Shown: positions 29,478-39,951, counted from the first letter of the stretch. The stretch is DNA of 64,000 nucleotides from a virus (IMGVR_UViG_2934470325_000001:1-64000); one strand, 5' to 3'. Numbers and translations are program-made. The notes: generated by a model from the sequence alone, not told the origin.

Positions 29478-29834
29478 TCAGCTCTGATCCTCAGACTCGC
29501 CCCGGTACGCCTTCTGGCGCTCCTCCAACAGCCTCAATACGTCGACCGGGTTGCATTCCCGCTGAGGCTTCTGCGGGGCCCCGGGGATCTTCCGATGCCC
29601 AATCACGCCGCTGCTGACCAGTGTGTGAACTTTCGTGCGGCCCATGCCGAGCAGGGTCGCCACCGCGCCGGTCTTCAACCACTCGCCGGCCCGGACGCGG
29701 CGCTCAAGGTCGGCGGTGTCGCTCTCTGGGCGCTCGGCGCGCTTCTCGTCCCCCATCACCACTGCTCTCAGCCGCTGGAATTTGCGGTGAGCGTACCCAC
29801 CGTTCTCGGTGTTCGCGATCACCGCCGTGGTCAT
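29478..29834 (-). CDS. excisionase/MerR-like HTH regulator
   Basis: WLKTGAVATLLGMGRTKVHTLVSSG; start uncertain. Confidence 0.7.
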   Translation of the reverse strand: MTTAVIANTENGGYAHRKFQRLRAVVMGDEKRAERPESDTADLERRVRAGEWLKTGAVATLLGMGRTKVHTLVSSGVIGHRKIPGAPQKPQRECNPVDVLRLLEERQKAYRGESEDQS

Positions 29835-29859
29835 AGATGCCCTTCCGTTCGCTCTGTGC

Positions 29860-29886
29860 TACTGTTCGTTCTGTTCGAACTGTTCG
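29860..29886. promoter_or_regulatory. CTGTTCG x3 (9-bp period) operator at transfer-operon promoter
   Basis: copies at 29862, 29871, 29880. Confidence 0.6.
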
Positions 29887-29939
29887 CAAGTCTCGCACAG
29901 TGAAGCACTGAAACGCGAGTCACGAGGAGGTGTCCGCCG

Positions 29940-31586
29940 ATGATCGAGAACGCAGTCGCCCGCATCCCCGAGCCGGAACCGTTCATCGCCCCGACGACGG
30001 CCACCCCGGCAAGCGGGAACGTGCTCGGCCACGCAACCAGTGCAATCACCAACTGGGCCACCAACCCCGACAACACCATGACCGCCGTCGCCATCACCCT
30101 CGGCGTGCTCCTCGCCGTCAAGGTGCTCCGCCGACGCCGCAAGCCCACCACCAGCCAGCCCGCAGACGACCTCACCGCCACCGACCGGGCGATCACCCGC
30201 ATCAGCGCCGGCATCGCCACCATCGTCGTCGCCCTCGGCATGTGGCAGTTCTTCACCGACGTCATCAACGTCCACTGGACGCTGCGACTCGTCCTCTTCG
30301 GGTTCATCGAACTCGGCATCGTCGACGCAGCCCGCCGCGCCACCCGCCACCTGTACCGCCACGGCGACCTCGGCAAAGCACACCGAGCCGTGTTCTTCCT
30401 CGCCGGCACCTCCGCCACCCTGTCAGCCGTCCACGCCGACAGCATCGACCTGCGGCTGTTCCGCGTCGCCGCAGCCGTCGTCGCCTCCTACATGTGGTTC
30501 GAGAGCCTCCGCGAGCAGCGCGACATCCTCCACCACCGCAACCCCGGCAAGTACCCGCCCATCACCAGTCGGGGCATCCCGTGGAAGCGCATCGGCGCGA
30601 CCCTCGGCCTGGTCGAAGCAACCACCCTCGAAGTCACCGAGGTAGCCACCCAACGGCGCATCGACCGCCTGTCCCGGCTCCTCAACCACTTCCACGCCGT
30701 CACCGCCGGCACCGACCCGGGACGCGTCAAGCAGTGGTACATCAGCTGGCTCACCCGCCGGGTGGTGCGGAAGACGCAGGCCGCCTGCAAGTACATCAAC
30801 CTCGCCGAGAACCCCGAGGTGCGGAAGATGCTGCTGCGTCGCCTCAACGTCGTCCGGGGCATCGTCGAAGCGACGAAGCCTGACGCCACCCGCCACGGTG
30901 ACGCGTGGGCCGACGTCACCCAGATCGCCACCGGCGACGCCGACCGTCACCGTCACGTCATCGACGTTGACGTCACCACCGACGCACCGACGCCCACCGT
31001 CACCCGTGCCGCCGACGGTGACGCCCAGACGGTGACGCCCCCGCAGACGCCTACCGTCACCCGTCAGTCTCCGACGCCCGTCACCCCGCACACCGTCACC
31101 ATCGACGGTGACGCCACCCCGGCAACCGTCACCAGTGACGCCACCGCCGACGCGCCAACCATCACCGTCACCGCTGCTGACGCCACGCCCGCCGCCGTCA
31201 CCCGCCGGCCCGTCACCGTCAGGCGCACCAGCACTGACGTCGCCGTCGTCCGCCCCCTCAGCCGCGACCTCCTCGACGAGCGAGTCCGCGACTGGACCGT
31301 TGAGCAGATCCGCGACTACGCCGCCGGCAAGGCACGGCAGATCGTCGCCGGGGGCGGCACCAAGAGGGAAGGCATGAGGGTGTTCCTGCTGCTCTGCATG
31401 GCCCTCGGCGTCGACCCGGCCGGCACGTGGATGGCCGAGGCCGTGGAAGGGGCACAGTCGGCGGCCCGCACCAACAAGCCGGAGTGGCTGGCCGAACTGG
31501 CGGTCGCCGACGCCGAGCAGATCCTGCTCGCCGAGCACCAGCGGATCGTCGCCGAACTCGCCGACGGAGGTGACGTCCGTGCCTGA
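29940..31586 (+). CDS. Spd-like multi-TM membrane protein with Thr/Pro-rich linker
   Basis: about 5 TM helices, repeat-encoded linker, helical C-terminus; first gene of operon ending in FtsK. Confidence 0.7.
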   Translation: MIENAVARIPEPEPFIAPTTATPASGNVLGHATSAITNWATNPDNTMTAVAITLGVLLAVKVLRRRRKPTTSQPADDLTATDRAITRISAGIATIVVALGMWQFFTDVINVHWTLRLVLFGFIELGIVDAARRATRHLYRHGDLGKAHRAVFFLAGTSATLSAVHADSIDLRLFRVAAAVVASYMWFESLREQRDILHHRNPGKYPPITSRGIPWKRIGATLGLVEATTLEVTEVATQRRIDRLSRLLNHFHAVTAGTDPGRVKQWYISWLTRRVVRKTQAACKYINLAENPEVRKMLLRRLNVVRGIVEATKPDATRHGDAWADVTQIATGDADRHRHVIDVDVTTDAPTPTVTRAADGDAQTVTPPQTPTVTRQSPTPVTPHTVTIDGDATPATVTSDATADAPTITVTAADATPAAVTRRPVTVRRTSTDVAVVRPLSRDLLDERVRDWTVEQIRDYAAGKARQIVAGGGTKREGMRVFLLLCMALGVDPAGTWMAEAVEGAQSAARTNKPEWLAELAVADAEQILLAEHQRIVAELADGGDVRA

Positions 31587-31930
31587 CAGCACCGACGCCA
31601 GCGACGTCACCGTCATCCCCGCCCGGTGGGACCGTCACCCCACCGTCACCCACCACGACCTGACCGCAGACGGCGTCACCGCAGACACCGTCATCACCGG
31701 CGGACTGACGCTCCACCGCGCACGCCGTCACATCCGCGCCGCCGTCACCCGTGACGCTGACGCCGCCCTACGCGGCATCCGTCACCTGCTCGCCCGCGAC
31801 CGTCACACCGTCACCGAGGAGGACTGACGCCATGACCACCGACACCCTGCCCGCCGCCGTCACCGACGCCGCCGCGCCCGTCACGCTCGACGGCGCGCGT
31901 GTGCACCGCGACTGGCGTCAGCTCGGCGCG
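30895..31930. repeat. dense array of CGTCAC/GTGACG motifs
   Basis: More than 20 exact or near-exact copies, both orientations, across three ORFs and different frames. Confidence 0.8.
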
Positions 31931-32799
31931 GAAGCCGCTGGCATCACCACCGCCGTCTGCGCCGCCGGAGCCCTCTACACCGCCACCTTCCAGATCGTTC
32001 CCGCCCTCATGTGGGCGCTCGCCGCCGGCTGCGCCGTCTCCGTGATCGCGCTGATCGTGCTGCTCACCCTCACCGCCCGGGAGGGCCGCCGCTGGACCTA
32101 CCCCACCGACCCCGACCAGCCGTGACCAGCGGAAACGCCCCCAACCCTGCGATGCGCGGAGGAAGCGAAGATGCCCAAGAAGACCCGGCACCCGGTCACC
32201 GGCCTCCGCCTCATCCGGCGTATCTGCACCATCGCCGCCGTGGCGTGGCTGGCCGTTTTCGCCCTCGGCTTCTGCGCGGCGGTGACGTCGTGACCGTCAC
32301 TGACAGTCGACGTAAGCCGGCCCCGTACCCGCGCCCCGACACCGCCCCGAATGTCACGGAGCGTGTAGCTGAAACCTGCAATGCAGCACCCATGGTGCCC
32401 CCCGTTGAGCGCGAAACCGCCCCCGGGAAGCCGTCAACCCTGCACTCTGCAATCACCTTCGGTAGCCGCATCGTGGAGGGGGTGCGCCGCTACTGGACGC
32501 TACCGCCGCTGCTCACCGATCAGCCGCCCACCATCGACCAGATGACCGAATACGCCCGCCGCGCCTCCTACACCAGCAAGACCGGTGTGCGCCGCGCCTG
32601 CGGTGTCACCTGGTGCTACCTGGCGGCCATCCCCAACACGGTCGCCGCCCGCGTGTGGTCGGCCCTGTGGGAGCGGCCCGGCCGCATCGCCCTCATCCTC
32701 GCCGTCGTCAAGCTCCTCAGCTTCACCCAGCCGGTCGGCTGGACCGTCGACCACCTGCTCGTCCCGGCCACGCGCGCCGCGCTGTGGCTGTTCCTCTAA
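31579..32799 (+). other. small transfer-operon genes (31579-31827, 31832-32125 TM, 32171-32293 TM, 32290-32799 TM)
   Basis: hydrophobic helices, coupling. Confidence 0.6.
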
Positions 32800-32819
32800 C
32801 CGCCGGAAGGAGAACCACC

Positions 32820-33287
32820 ATGGCGCGAAACATCAAGAGCACCATCCGCCCCAAGGGCGTCAAAGCCCTCGCCTGGACGTCGTTCGGCACCGCCTTCGTC
32901 GGCGGCCCCCTCGTCGCCGGCATGTTCGTCGGTGACGCCATCAACACCGTCCTGGAGGCCATCCCGTGGGGGTGGATCCCCCCGGCGGTGCTGTTCCTCC
33001 TCGCCGTCATCTTCGTTCGGGACCTCGTCGTGGACTGGGAGCCGAACCGGCAGGCCATCTGGAGTCTCCTGCTCGCCCCGTCCGTCGCCCGCGCTGTCCC
33101 CGGCGAGCTGGGCGACCGCATCGACGAGTGGACCAGCGCAGCCCTCAACGTGATCTCCGGGCCGCTGCGGGAGTGGCTGGGCACCGGCTCCCCGATCGCC
33201 CTCGCCGTCGCCGTCGGCGGTGCGGCGATCCTGTTGGCGCAGCGGTCCATCAAGGCCAGCGGCGGCCAGCACGCGATGGGCATGTGA
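32820..33287 (+). CDS. membrane protein (Spd-like)
   Basis: GAAGGAG RBS, 3-4 TM. Confidence 0.7.
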   Translation: MARNIKSTIRPKGVKALAWTSFGTAFVGGPLVAGMFVGDAINTVLEAIPWGWIPPAVLFLLAVIFVRDLVVDWEPNRQAIWSLLLAPSVARAVPGELGDRIDEWTSAALNVISGPLREWLGTGSPIALAVAVGGAAILLAQRSIKASGGQHAMGM

Positions 33288-33288
33288 C

Positions 33289-34677
33289 GTGGAACCGATC
33301 ACCGTCATGATCCTCGCCGCGCTCATCACGAAGGTGGTGACGACGCACCGGGAGGACATGGAGTACGCCCGCCACGGCCAAGAGTCACCCCGCTACAAGA
33401 TGAAGCTGGCGAAGCTCGCAGCCGCCCAGAAGGCAGGCGGGGCCGGCGGTAGGGCACCGGTCAAGCCCGGGGCGTCCGGCTACATGCAGGAGTTGTGGCG
33501 TGACGCGTGGGACGACCTCACCGAGCACCGCCGCCGGCAGAGGGAAACCCGCAACGCCGGCAAAAGGCAGCAGCATGAGGAGTCGCTGCGGGACTGGTCG
33601 AAGCGCAGCCTCAACACCCGCCCCGACGGACGACCGGTCGACGACATGATCGACGTGGCCGGCGTGCGACCCGGCAAGGCCGAGAAGGGCGGGCGGATCC
33701 CGCAGCCCCCTACACCCGAACCGTCGGCGGACGTCGTCCACGACGCCGAATGGCCGCCACCCGCCGACCCCGACGACGCGGGCGGGTTTCGCCGCGACAA
33801 GCGGCTCGTCGCCTGCGGCCACTGCGGCACCTCCGTCTCCGCCGGCTACCGGCGCACCCGCACCGTCAACGGCGACAGGCGGAAGGTGTGCGCCCCCTGC
33901 GCCGAACGCATCGACCACGGCGACCTGACCGTGCCAGCCGGCATCACGCAGCACAGCGACATCGGCTGCTCCGTGTGCGGGCAGCACCGCGACGACCCGT
34001 GGTGCGAGCATCGGAAGGCCGCCTACCAGCGGTTGCAGGAAGCCGTGCAAGGCGCGCTCAACGCCGAGAAGAACCCGCCCGCCGACGACGCCCCCGACAA
34101 GTGCAACCGCTGCCCCTACGGGCGGATCACCGGCACCCGACCGTGGCCCGGATCCGACGGGTCCAGCCCCGACGCCGACCAACTGTGCAACCGCTGCGGG
34201 TGGCTGTCCTCCCACATGTCCGGCAAGACGTGGGACCAGTGGAGCGCCGAACTGAACCAGACCGCCAACCCCTCACCGTGGCCTCCGCCGCAGCCCGACC
34301 CGAAACCCGCCGACCCCATCGACGTCGACCCCACCCCCAACAACGTGATTCCCCTGTTCCCCAACGCGAAGGAGACCGTCATGACCGCCAACGCTGAGGC
34401 CACCGGCCTTCCCACCGCCATCGCCTACGCCGAGGCCGCCGCGCAGGCCCACGACGCGTTCGCCACCGCAGGCAGTGAGGGCTACACCAGTGCCCTCGCC
34501 AGCTTCGAGGTCGGCTCGGAAGGGCTCGACTCCGCCCGCGCGGCGCAGGAGGCGTCCACCAACGCCGCCGCCGCGTGGCGGGTCCACCACGAGACGCTCG
34601 TCAAGCAGATGGCCGGGCGAGAGTTCTACCAGTCCAACCCGGACGCCGGCAACAAGGCGTTCCTGTCCGGCGAGTAA
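33289..34677 (+). CDS. transfer-operon protein with CxxC motifs and helical C-terminal domain
   Basis: CGHC, CAPC, CSVC, CNRC x2; internal RBS+ATG at 34381. Confidence 0.65.
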   Translation: MEPITVMILAALITKVVTTHREDMEYARHGQESPRYKMKLAKLAAAQKAGGAGGRAPVKPGASGYMQELWRDAWDDLTEHRRRQRETRNAGKRQQHEESLRDWSKRSLNTRPDGRPVDDMIDVAGVRPGKAEKGGRIPQPPTPEPSADVVHDAEWPPPADPDDAGGFRRDKRLVACGHCGTSVSAGYRRTRTVNGDRRKVCAPCAERIDHGDLTVPAGITQHSDIGCSVCGQHRDDPWCEHRKAAYQRLQEAVQGALNAEKNPPADDAPDKCNRCPYGRITGTRPWPGSDGSSPDADQLCNRCGWLSSHMSGKTWDQWSAELNQTANPSPWPPPQPDPKPADPIDVDPTPNNVIPLFPNAKETVMTANAEATGLPTAIAYAEAAAQAHDAFATAGSEGYTSALASFEVGSEGLDSARAAQEASTNAAAAWRVHHETLVKQMAGREFYQSNPDAGNKAFLSGE

Positions 34678-34760
34678 CCCCGGCTCCCGCCGTGCAGCGC
34701 AGGCCCTCCCGTGGTCTGCGCCGTGCGGTGGAAGCCGGGACACCCCGAAGGAGAACCAAC

Positions 34761-36773
34761 ATGATCGACGTTGCTGAGGTGTCCGCAGACGGCACCACCA
34801 CCGCCAGTAAGCCGGCCACCCCGCCGCCGGCACGCGACCTCACCCTGAAAGGCATACGCCGGGCCCGCCGCACCCCCCACGTCGCGGTCGGCCTCCTCGT
34901 CGTCTCCGCCGCCGCCACCAGCACCCTCGCCCACTACACCGGCGAGGAAGCGCAGGTAGCCGCCTGGACGGCCGTGGTCGCATTCGTCGCCGCCGTCGTG
35001 GTCGCCACGCAAGCCCGCCGCCGTGTCTTCGACAAGAAGGCCGTCCGCCGCGCCTACGCGTTCTGCGCGGTCGCTGTCGTGTGGTTGACCACCGTCACCG
35101 CGACCAGCCTCACCCTCGGCGCAGTCGGCATCCTCACCGCCGTCGGCTACAGCCTCGCCGTGCACTGGTGGCGCACCAACCCCCTACCCATCACCGGTGC
35201 CAGCACGACGTCCAGCAGCCTGTACGCCGACCTGTGGGCCGAGAACGTCGGATGCTCCGACGGTGCCCTACCCGGCACCACCCTCACCGACCCGCATGGC
35301 ATCAAAGCCGGCGTGCGGTACGCGCTGCGTCTGCGCCCCGGCAAGCAAACCCTCGACATGGTGATGGCGGCAGTCGGGAAGATTCGGGGCGGTCTGTTCC
35401 TGCGCCGCGACCAGGAACTCATCGTGGAACCCCACCCCACCCTCCCCGAACCGCACCTGCTCCTCACCGTCGTCACCCGCTCCCCGATCCGCGAATCCGT
35501 CGTCCACCCCGGCGCGTCCGCGTTCGATCCGGCCACCGGCCGTGTCGCCCTCGGCCCGTTCGCCGACGGTGAAGGCGTCGCCACATGGAAGGCGTACTCC
35601 GACAACCGGCTGTGGGGTGGTTTCATCCAGGGCGGCACCGGGTCCGGCAAGTCCCGCATGGTCGAATCCATCGCCCTCGCCCTCGCGGCGTCCACCACCC
35701 ACCCCACCGTCATCCTGTACGGCGACGGTCAGGGCGGCGCATCGTCGCCGCTGCTCATGAACCACGCCGACGTGAAAGCCCGCACCCACGACCAGATCCT
35801 CGCCGTCCTCGAAGGGCTGCACCTGGTGGTGCTGCTGCGGCAGGACGAAAACGCGGTCAACGGCGCGGAAGGGTTCACGCCCACCGAAGACCGGCCCGGC
35901 CTGCTGTTCGTCCTCGACGAATGCCACAAGCCGCTGTCGAAGCTGGAGAACCCCGCCAACTGGGAACGCATCCAATACCTGATCGCCACGATCGCCCGGG
36001 AAGGCGGCAAGGTCGGTGTGGCGGCGCTGCTGGCCTCCCAGCAGACCACCCTCGACGTGTTCGGCGGGGCGGGCAGCCCCAACGCTGAGGCGATCCGCAC
36101 GAACCTCCTCGCCGGCAACGGCGTCATGCTCCGCTCCAAAGACCCCAACGCCAAGACAATCTTCGGTGTGGAAGTCAACCCGAAGAAGTTCCCGCCGCTC
36201 GCCGGCTACGGCTTCCTCGTCGACTCCGACCCGTCCGCACGGTCCGCACCGTTTCGGGGCTACTACGTGACCGACCGGATCCGCGACGAGTGGCCCGGCC
36301 AGATCGTGTGGCGGTCCCTCGACCCGGGTGCCGCTGCCGCGTGGGGCCGCGACTACGAGCGCCGCGACGAGATCGCCGCCGAAGCGTTGGAGGCTGTCCG
36401 CCGCCGGCTCGCCGCACGCCGCGCAGGCCAGCACGCCACCCCCGCCCCCACCAAGCCGGCCAACGGCGATGTCGGCACCGGCCCCGTCGCCCCCTCGACT
36501 GGCCGGTTTCCATCGTGGAAGACGATGCTGGCCGCCGCCCAGCAGCAGGCCCAGCAAACGCAGAAGGCGAAGCCGCTGCACGACGGGCATCGGCGGGTCC
36601 TCGCCGCCATCCACGACGGGCACACCACCCCGAAAACCATCGTCGCCGCCACCGACTATTCGGAGCGGCAGGTGTACAACCTGCTCAACGACCTTGCCGA
36701 CAACCACGGCCTAATCCGTAAGCAGGGCCACGGACAGTATGTGCTCACCGACGGACGGCAGGTGGCTGCCTGA
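34761..36773 (+). CDS. traB: FtsK/SpoIIIE-family DNA translocase (TraB-like)
   Basis: N-terminal TMs, Walker A GGTGSGKS, Walker B LLFVLDE, LLASQ, C-terminal wHTH. Confidence 0.85.
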   Translation: MIDVAEVSADGTTTASKPATPPPARDLTLKGIRRARRTPHVAVGLLVVSAAATSTLAHYTGEEAQVAAWTAVVAFVAAVVVATQARRRVFDKKAVRRAYAFCAVAVVWLTTVTATSLTLGAVGILTAVGYSLAVHWWRTNPLPITGASTTSSSLYADLWAENVGCSDGALPGTTLTDPHGIKAGVRYALRLRPGKQTLDMVMAAVGKIRGGLFLRRDQELIVEPHPTLPEPHLLLTVVTRSPIRESVVHPGASAFDPATGRVALGPFADGEGVATWKAYSDNRLWGGFIQGGTGSGKSRMVESIALALAASTTHPTVILYGDGQGGASSPLLMNHADVKARTHDQILAVLEGLHLVVLLRQDENAVNGAEGFTPTEDRPGLLFVLDECHKPLSKLENPANWERIQYLIATIAREGGKVGVAALLASQQTTLDVFGGAGSPNAEAIRTNLLAGNGVMLRSKDPNAKTIFGVEVNPKKFPPLAGYGFLVDSDPSARSAPFRGYYVTDRIRDEWPGQIVWRSLDPGAAAAWGRDYERRDEIAAEALEAVRRRLAARRAGQHATPAPTKPANGDVGTGPVAPSTGRFPSWKTMLAAAQQQAQQTQKAKPLHDGHRRVLAAIHDGHTTPKTIVAATDYSERQVYNLLNDLADNHGLIRKQGHGQYVLTDGRQVAA

Positions 36774-37498
36774 TGTCGACCCCGGTCCGCCGGATCCCAG
36801 GCCCGCGCCGCCCTACCAACCTCGCGCGACCAGGCCGCATCTACGTGATCCTCACCCGGCCCGTCGACCAGCAGGGTCAGGTGCTGCCCGGCCCGCCGAA
36901 GGTCGGCTACATCGGGCAGACCCGACAGCAGGTGTGGCAGCGCGCCGACCAGCACCTCGCCGAACAGCCATTCGGGGACCTGATCGTGGACGTGCTGCTA
37001 CTCGACCAAGGCACCTGGACGGACGCCCAGTTGGACGACCGGGAGGGGATGTGGATCCGCGCCGGTGTGTCCGTGGGTGGCAGGCCAGTCCAGCGGCCCC
37101 GCTACAACTATCTGTGCAACCTGGAGAACCCGGATCGGATCGAGATCTTCCGCGCCGTGCAGCACCGGCAGCACCGGGAGCCGGGCTGGCAGCCGCCGCC
37201 GAAGGGCGCGCGGATCCCCACCCAACGCAGGGCCGCGTCCACGGTCCGGCCGCGCCGGGTGTCGCCGCTGTCCCGCTGGTGGGGCCGCCACCGTTGGCAG
37301 GTGGTGTTGTGGGCGTCCGTGTGGGTGCTCCTGTTCGCGGGCGCGTGGTGGGCTGGCGCTGACACATGGTCCGGGTGGGCGGAGACCCGCAACGCTGCCG
37401 TAGCCGCCACCGTGGCCACCGCAGCCATCGGGTGGCGCAGGTGGAAGCTAGCCGGGACGAGACGCCGCCGGTCGAAGCGCCGGGGGCGTCGCCGGTGA
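36773..37498 (+). CDS. GIY-YIG nuclease with C-terminal TM helices
   Basis: GRIYVI...GYIGQT..R..QH...E...PRYN; hydrophobic C-terminus. Confidence 0.75.
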   Translation: MSTPVRRIPGPRRPTNLARPGRIYVILTRPVDQQGQVLPGPPKVGYIGQTRQQVWQRADQHLAEQPFGDLIVDVLLLDQGTWTDAQLDDREGMWIRAGVSVGGRPVQRPRYNYLCNLENPDRIEIFRAVQHRQHREPGWQPPPKGARIPTQRRAASTVRPRRVSPLSRWWGRHRWQVVLWASVWVLLFAGAWWAGADTWSGWAETRNAAVAATVATAAIGWRRWKLAGTRRRRSKRRGRRR

Positions 37499-37737
37499 AA
37501 TGGTGCTGGGAGGCATACGACAGGGCCGGTGTCCGCCGCATCGCCGGCACCCTCACCGACCCGTGGGCCGACACCCCGAGCGGGGCAGCCGAGCTGGGCA
37601 TGGCGCACCTGATGGTGAAGGTCCGGCCGGAGTTTCGGCGGCTGCGCGGGTGGCGTGTGCGCGCGTGGGATGACCTGGTGGGGGAGGCGTGGGTGGACGC
37701 CGATGAATGGTTGCACGCTCACACCGCAGGCAGGTAG
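37495..37737 (+). CDS. hypothetical protein
   Basis: GTGA coupling. Confidence 0.5.
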   Translation: MKWCWEAYDRAGVRRIAGTLTDPWADTPSGAAELGMAHLMVKVRPEFRRLRGWRVRAWDDLVGEAWVDADEWLHAHTAGR

Positions 37738-37795
37738 ACGCGACGAAGCGGCCCCGCCCTCCACGATGGGGGAGCGGGGCCGCTTTGCGTCTACC
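37733..37795. terminator. bidirectional hairpin
   Basis: GGTAGACGC..AAGCGGCCCCGC / GCGGGGCCGCTT..GCGTCTACC. Confidence 0.75.
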
Positions 37796-37797
37796 AG

Positions 37798-38997
37798 TCA
37801 GCCTGCCCGTGCGGCCAACTCCCGCACCATGCCGCGCCCACGCTCCACGACCGGCACCGCATCCACCACCCGCGCTGTCGTGAACCGCACCAGCTCGTTG
37901 TGGTGGGCCGCCGGCAGTGCGTCGAGCACGTCCCCGGCGTACTTGATCCCGCCCGACACATCCCCGCCCCGCACCATCCCGGCAGCCCTGTGCAACTGCA
38001 CCTGCGACCGCAACCGAATCTGCCGCTCCGGATACAACGCCATCGCCCGATCCTGCGCCGCCTCAGCCTCCCGCAGCCGGCCCGCGTGCGTGAACACCCA
38101 CGAGCGGGTGTGCTCCGTCCGCACCTCAGACCACCCCCACAACGATGTGCCGTCCGGGGTGCCCTCCGGCAACCGGTCAGCCATGCCCGTCAGCCGGTTG
38201 ACCGCCCCCACCGCCTCGGCGTGCCGGCCCGCCAGCGACAGCGCTTGTGCCTGCCCGGCCAGCAGTTGACAGCCGGCCACCGACGGGGCACCCACCGGCG
38301 GCAGACCATCCACCGACGCCGGCAAAGCTGCGACGGTCCGCCCGTCATAGCACCCGTTGACGGTGTCCCACGCCCTGACCCACCGCTGCACACCAGCATC
38401 CGCAGACAGGTCAGCCATGTTCCGCGCAGATGCCCACCATCTGCGGGCCGACACCTGCTCACCCGCAGACACCATCTCCAGAGCGACCAGCGTCGACAGC
38501 AGCCCGGCCACACCCAGCAGCCGCTGACGGTGCTGCCCGTCCGTGGCCGCGATCTGATGCCCGAGCACGTCCAGGTCAGCGCGCAGGCTCGCCATCAGCC
38601 TGTCGGCCGGCAGCCGGTAGTAGTCCACGCCGTATCCGGCGACGATGCTCGTCCACTCGTCGATGTCCGCCGCCGCGCCCAGGCCGTGCCGTAGCGCCTC
38701 CCACCCCGTCAGCCGGTCCACTGCCGGGACCGCCGCCAGCGCCCCCATGGCTTGCAAAACTCTGCGTCTGCGCATGTCTGTGTCGCCTGCCCGTCTACTC
38801 GCGTACGCCCCTGTCAGCGCCCCACCCGCCTCAAGCGCATTGTCGTATGCGGCAACGACTTCTGTCGATGCGGGCCGGTTGCCTCGCTCGACCTGACCGA
38901 GGTACCCGAAGTCGTAGCCGATCCGCTCGCCGAACTTCCGCAACGACCAGCCCGCCTGCGTGCGATGCCGCCTCAGTATGTGTCCGAAATCGTCCAT
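37798..38997 (-). CDS. XRE-family regulator with TPR-like C-terminus
   Basis: FGHILRRHRTQAGWSLRKFGERIGYDFGYLGQVERG; MRRRRVL linker; helical repeats. Confidence 0.85.
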   Translation of the reverse strand: MDDFGHILRRHRTQAGWSLRKFGERIGYDFGYLGQVERGNRPASTEVVAAYDNALEAGGALTGAYASRRAGDTDMRRRRVLQAMGALAAVPAVDRLTGWEALRHGLGAAADIDEWTSIVAGYGVDYYRLPADRLMASLRADLDVLGHQIAATDGQHRQRLLGVAGLLSTLVALEMVSAGEQVSARRWWASARNMADLSADAGVQRWVRAWDTVNGCYDGRTVAALPASVDGLPPVGAPSVAGCQLLAGQAQALSLAGRHAEAVGAVNRLTGMADRLPEGTPDGTSLWGWSEVRTEHTRSWVFTHAGRLREAEAAQDRAMALYPERQIRLRSQVQLHRAAGMVRGGDVSGGIKYAGDVLDALPAAHHNELVRFTTARVVDAVPVVERGRGMVRELAARAG

Positions 38998-39387
38998 GCT
39001 GTCCCCCCAGCGTGTGGGCAGTTCCGTGGGCCCACTGCTCACCCCTGCCGCACCCCGATTCTATCGATCAGGCTGGACGTGTCGGGACAAGCCCCCGACG
39101 CGTAGAGGCGCGGTAGACCGCAGGCCAGAGGCCGTTGTCTGCCGCTGCCGACGCATGGTGTGGTGGCCGACCGGGACCCCCAGCCCCCAAGGCCACCACA
39201 CCCCAGAATGTCGGGGGTGACCGGTGGGATACGGACAGTCAGGCAACACGCCCCGCGACCGTTTCGAGGACCCGATGCCCGAGCCAGCCGACCCCGCCGA
39301 GGGCGAGCACCTGGACGACGCCCACCCGTTCGCCGCCGGGGTGTCCGGCCGTAGGCCCCGCAACCGCAGCAACCGGTGGCGGCAGCG

Positions 39388-39600
39388 GTGAGCATCAGCA
39401 AGCCCGACCCAGCAGTCATCGCCGGCTGGTGGGAGAGGTATCACGCCCATGCGCTACGCGATGGGCGCTGCCCCGTCTGCGACGTGCCGCGACGCTGCCG
39501 AGAGTGGGCCAACGCTCGCGGCGACCTGATCGCCCACGGGCTGCTCGCGGCCGACGGCGGACCCGTCGAGACGGGCGATGGGGAAGCGCCCCGCACCTGA
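39388..39600 (+). CDS. small Zn-finger-like protein divergent from XRE
   Basis: H...GRCPVCDVPRRC.EW. Confidence 0.55.
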   Translation: MSISKPDPAVIAGWWERYHAHALRDGRCPVCDVPRRCREWANARGDLIAHGLLAADGGPVETGDGEAPRT

Positions 39601-39678
39601 CCTCGGGCATGCGAAAACGCCCCCGCCGGCCGAAGCCATGGCGGGGGCGTTCCTGTGTGGGGTCAGGAATGCGCGTTC

Positions 39679-39951
39679 CTAGTCGCTCGGTTCCGTCGCC
39701 TTGGTCTTGGTGCCGCCGGTGATCCCTCGGGCGATCTGGGAGGCGCGGGCCGGGTGCAGTTGGAGTAGTTCGCCGACCTGGTCCCAGGTGCGGCCCTCTT
39801 TGAGGGTGGTGACGGCTTCTGCGCGCGCGGCCCGCAGGTCGCTTTGGAGGGTGGGGATCGCGGCGAGGGCTGCGCCGAGGGCGATGGCGCGTTCTGCGGG
39901 GTCGTCGGGGAGGCCGTTGTGGAGGGCGGCGATGGCGGGCGGGAGTTTCAT
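39679..39951 (-). CDS. small HTH repressor-like protein (leaderless)
   Basis: RTWDQVGELLQLHPARASQIARG; TAACCT six nt before ATG. Confidence 0.75.
   Translation of the reverse strand: MKLPPAIAALHNGLPDDPAERAIALGAALAAIPTLQSDLRAARAEAVTTLKEGRTWDQVGELLQLHPARASQIARGITGGTKTKATEPSD

Noticed and set aside
30895-31930. Repeat region as a CRISPR array
   Set aside because: Units are 6-8 bp, irregularly spaced, in both orientations; no cas genes
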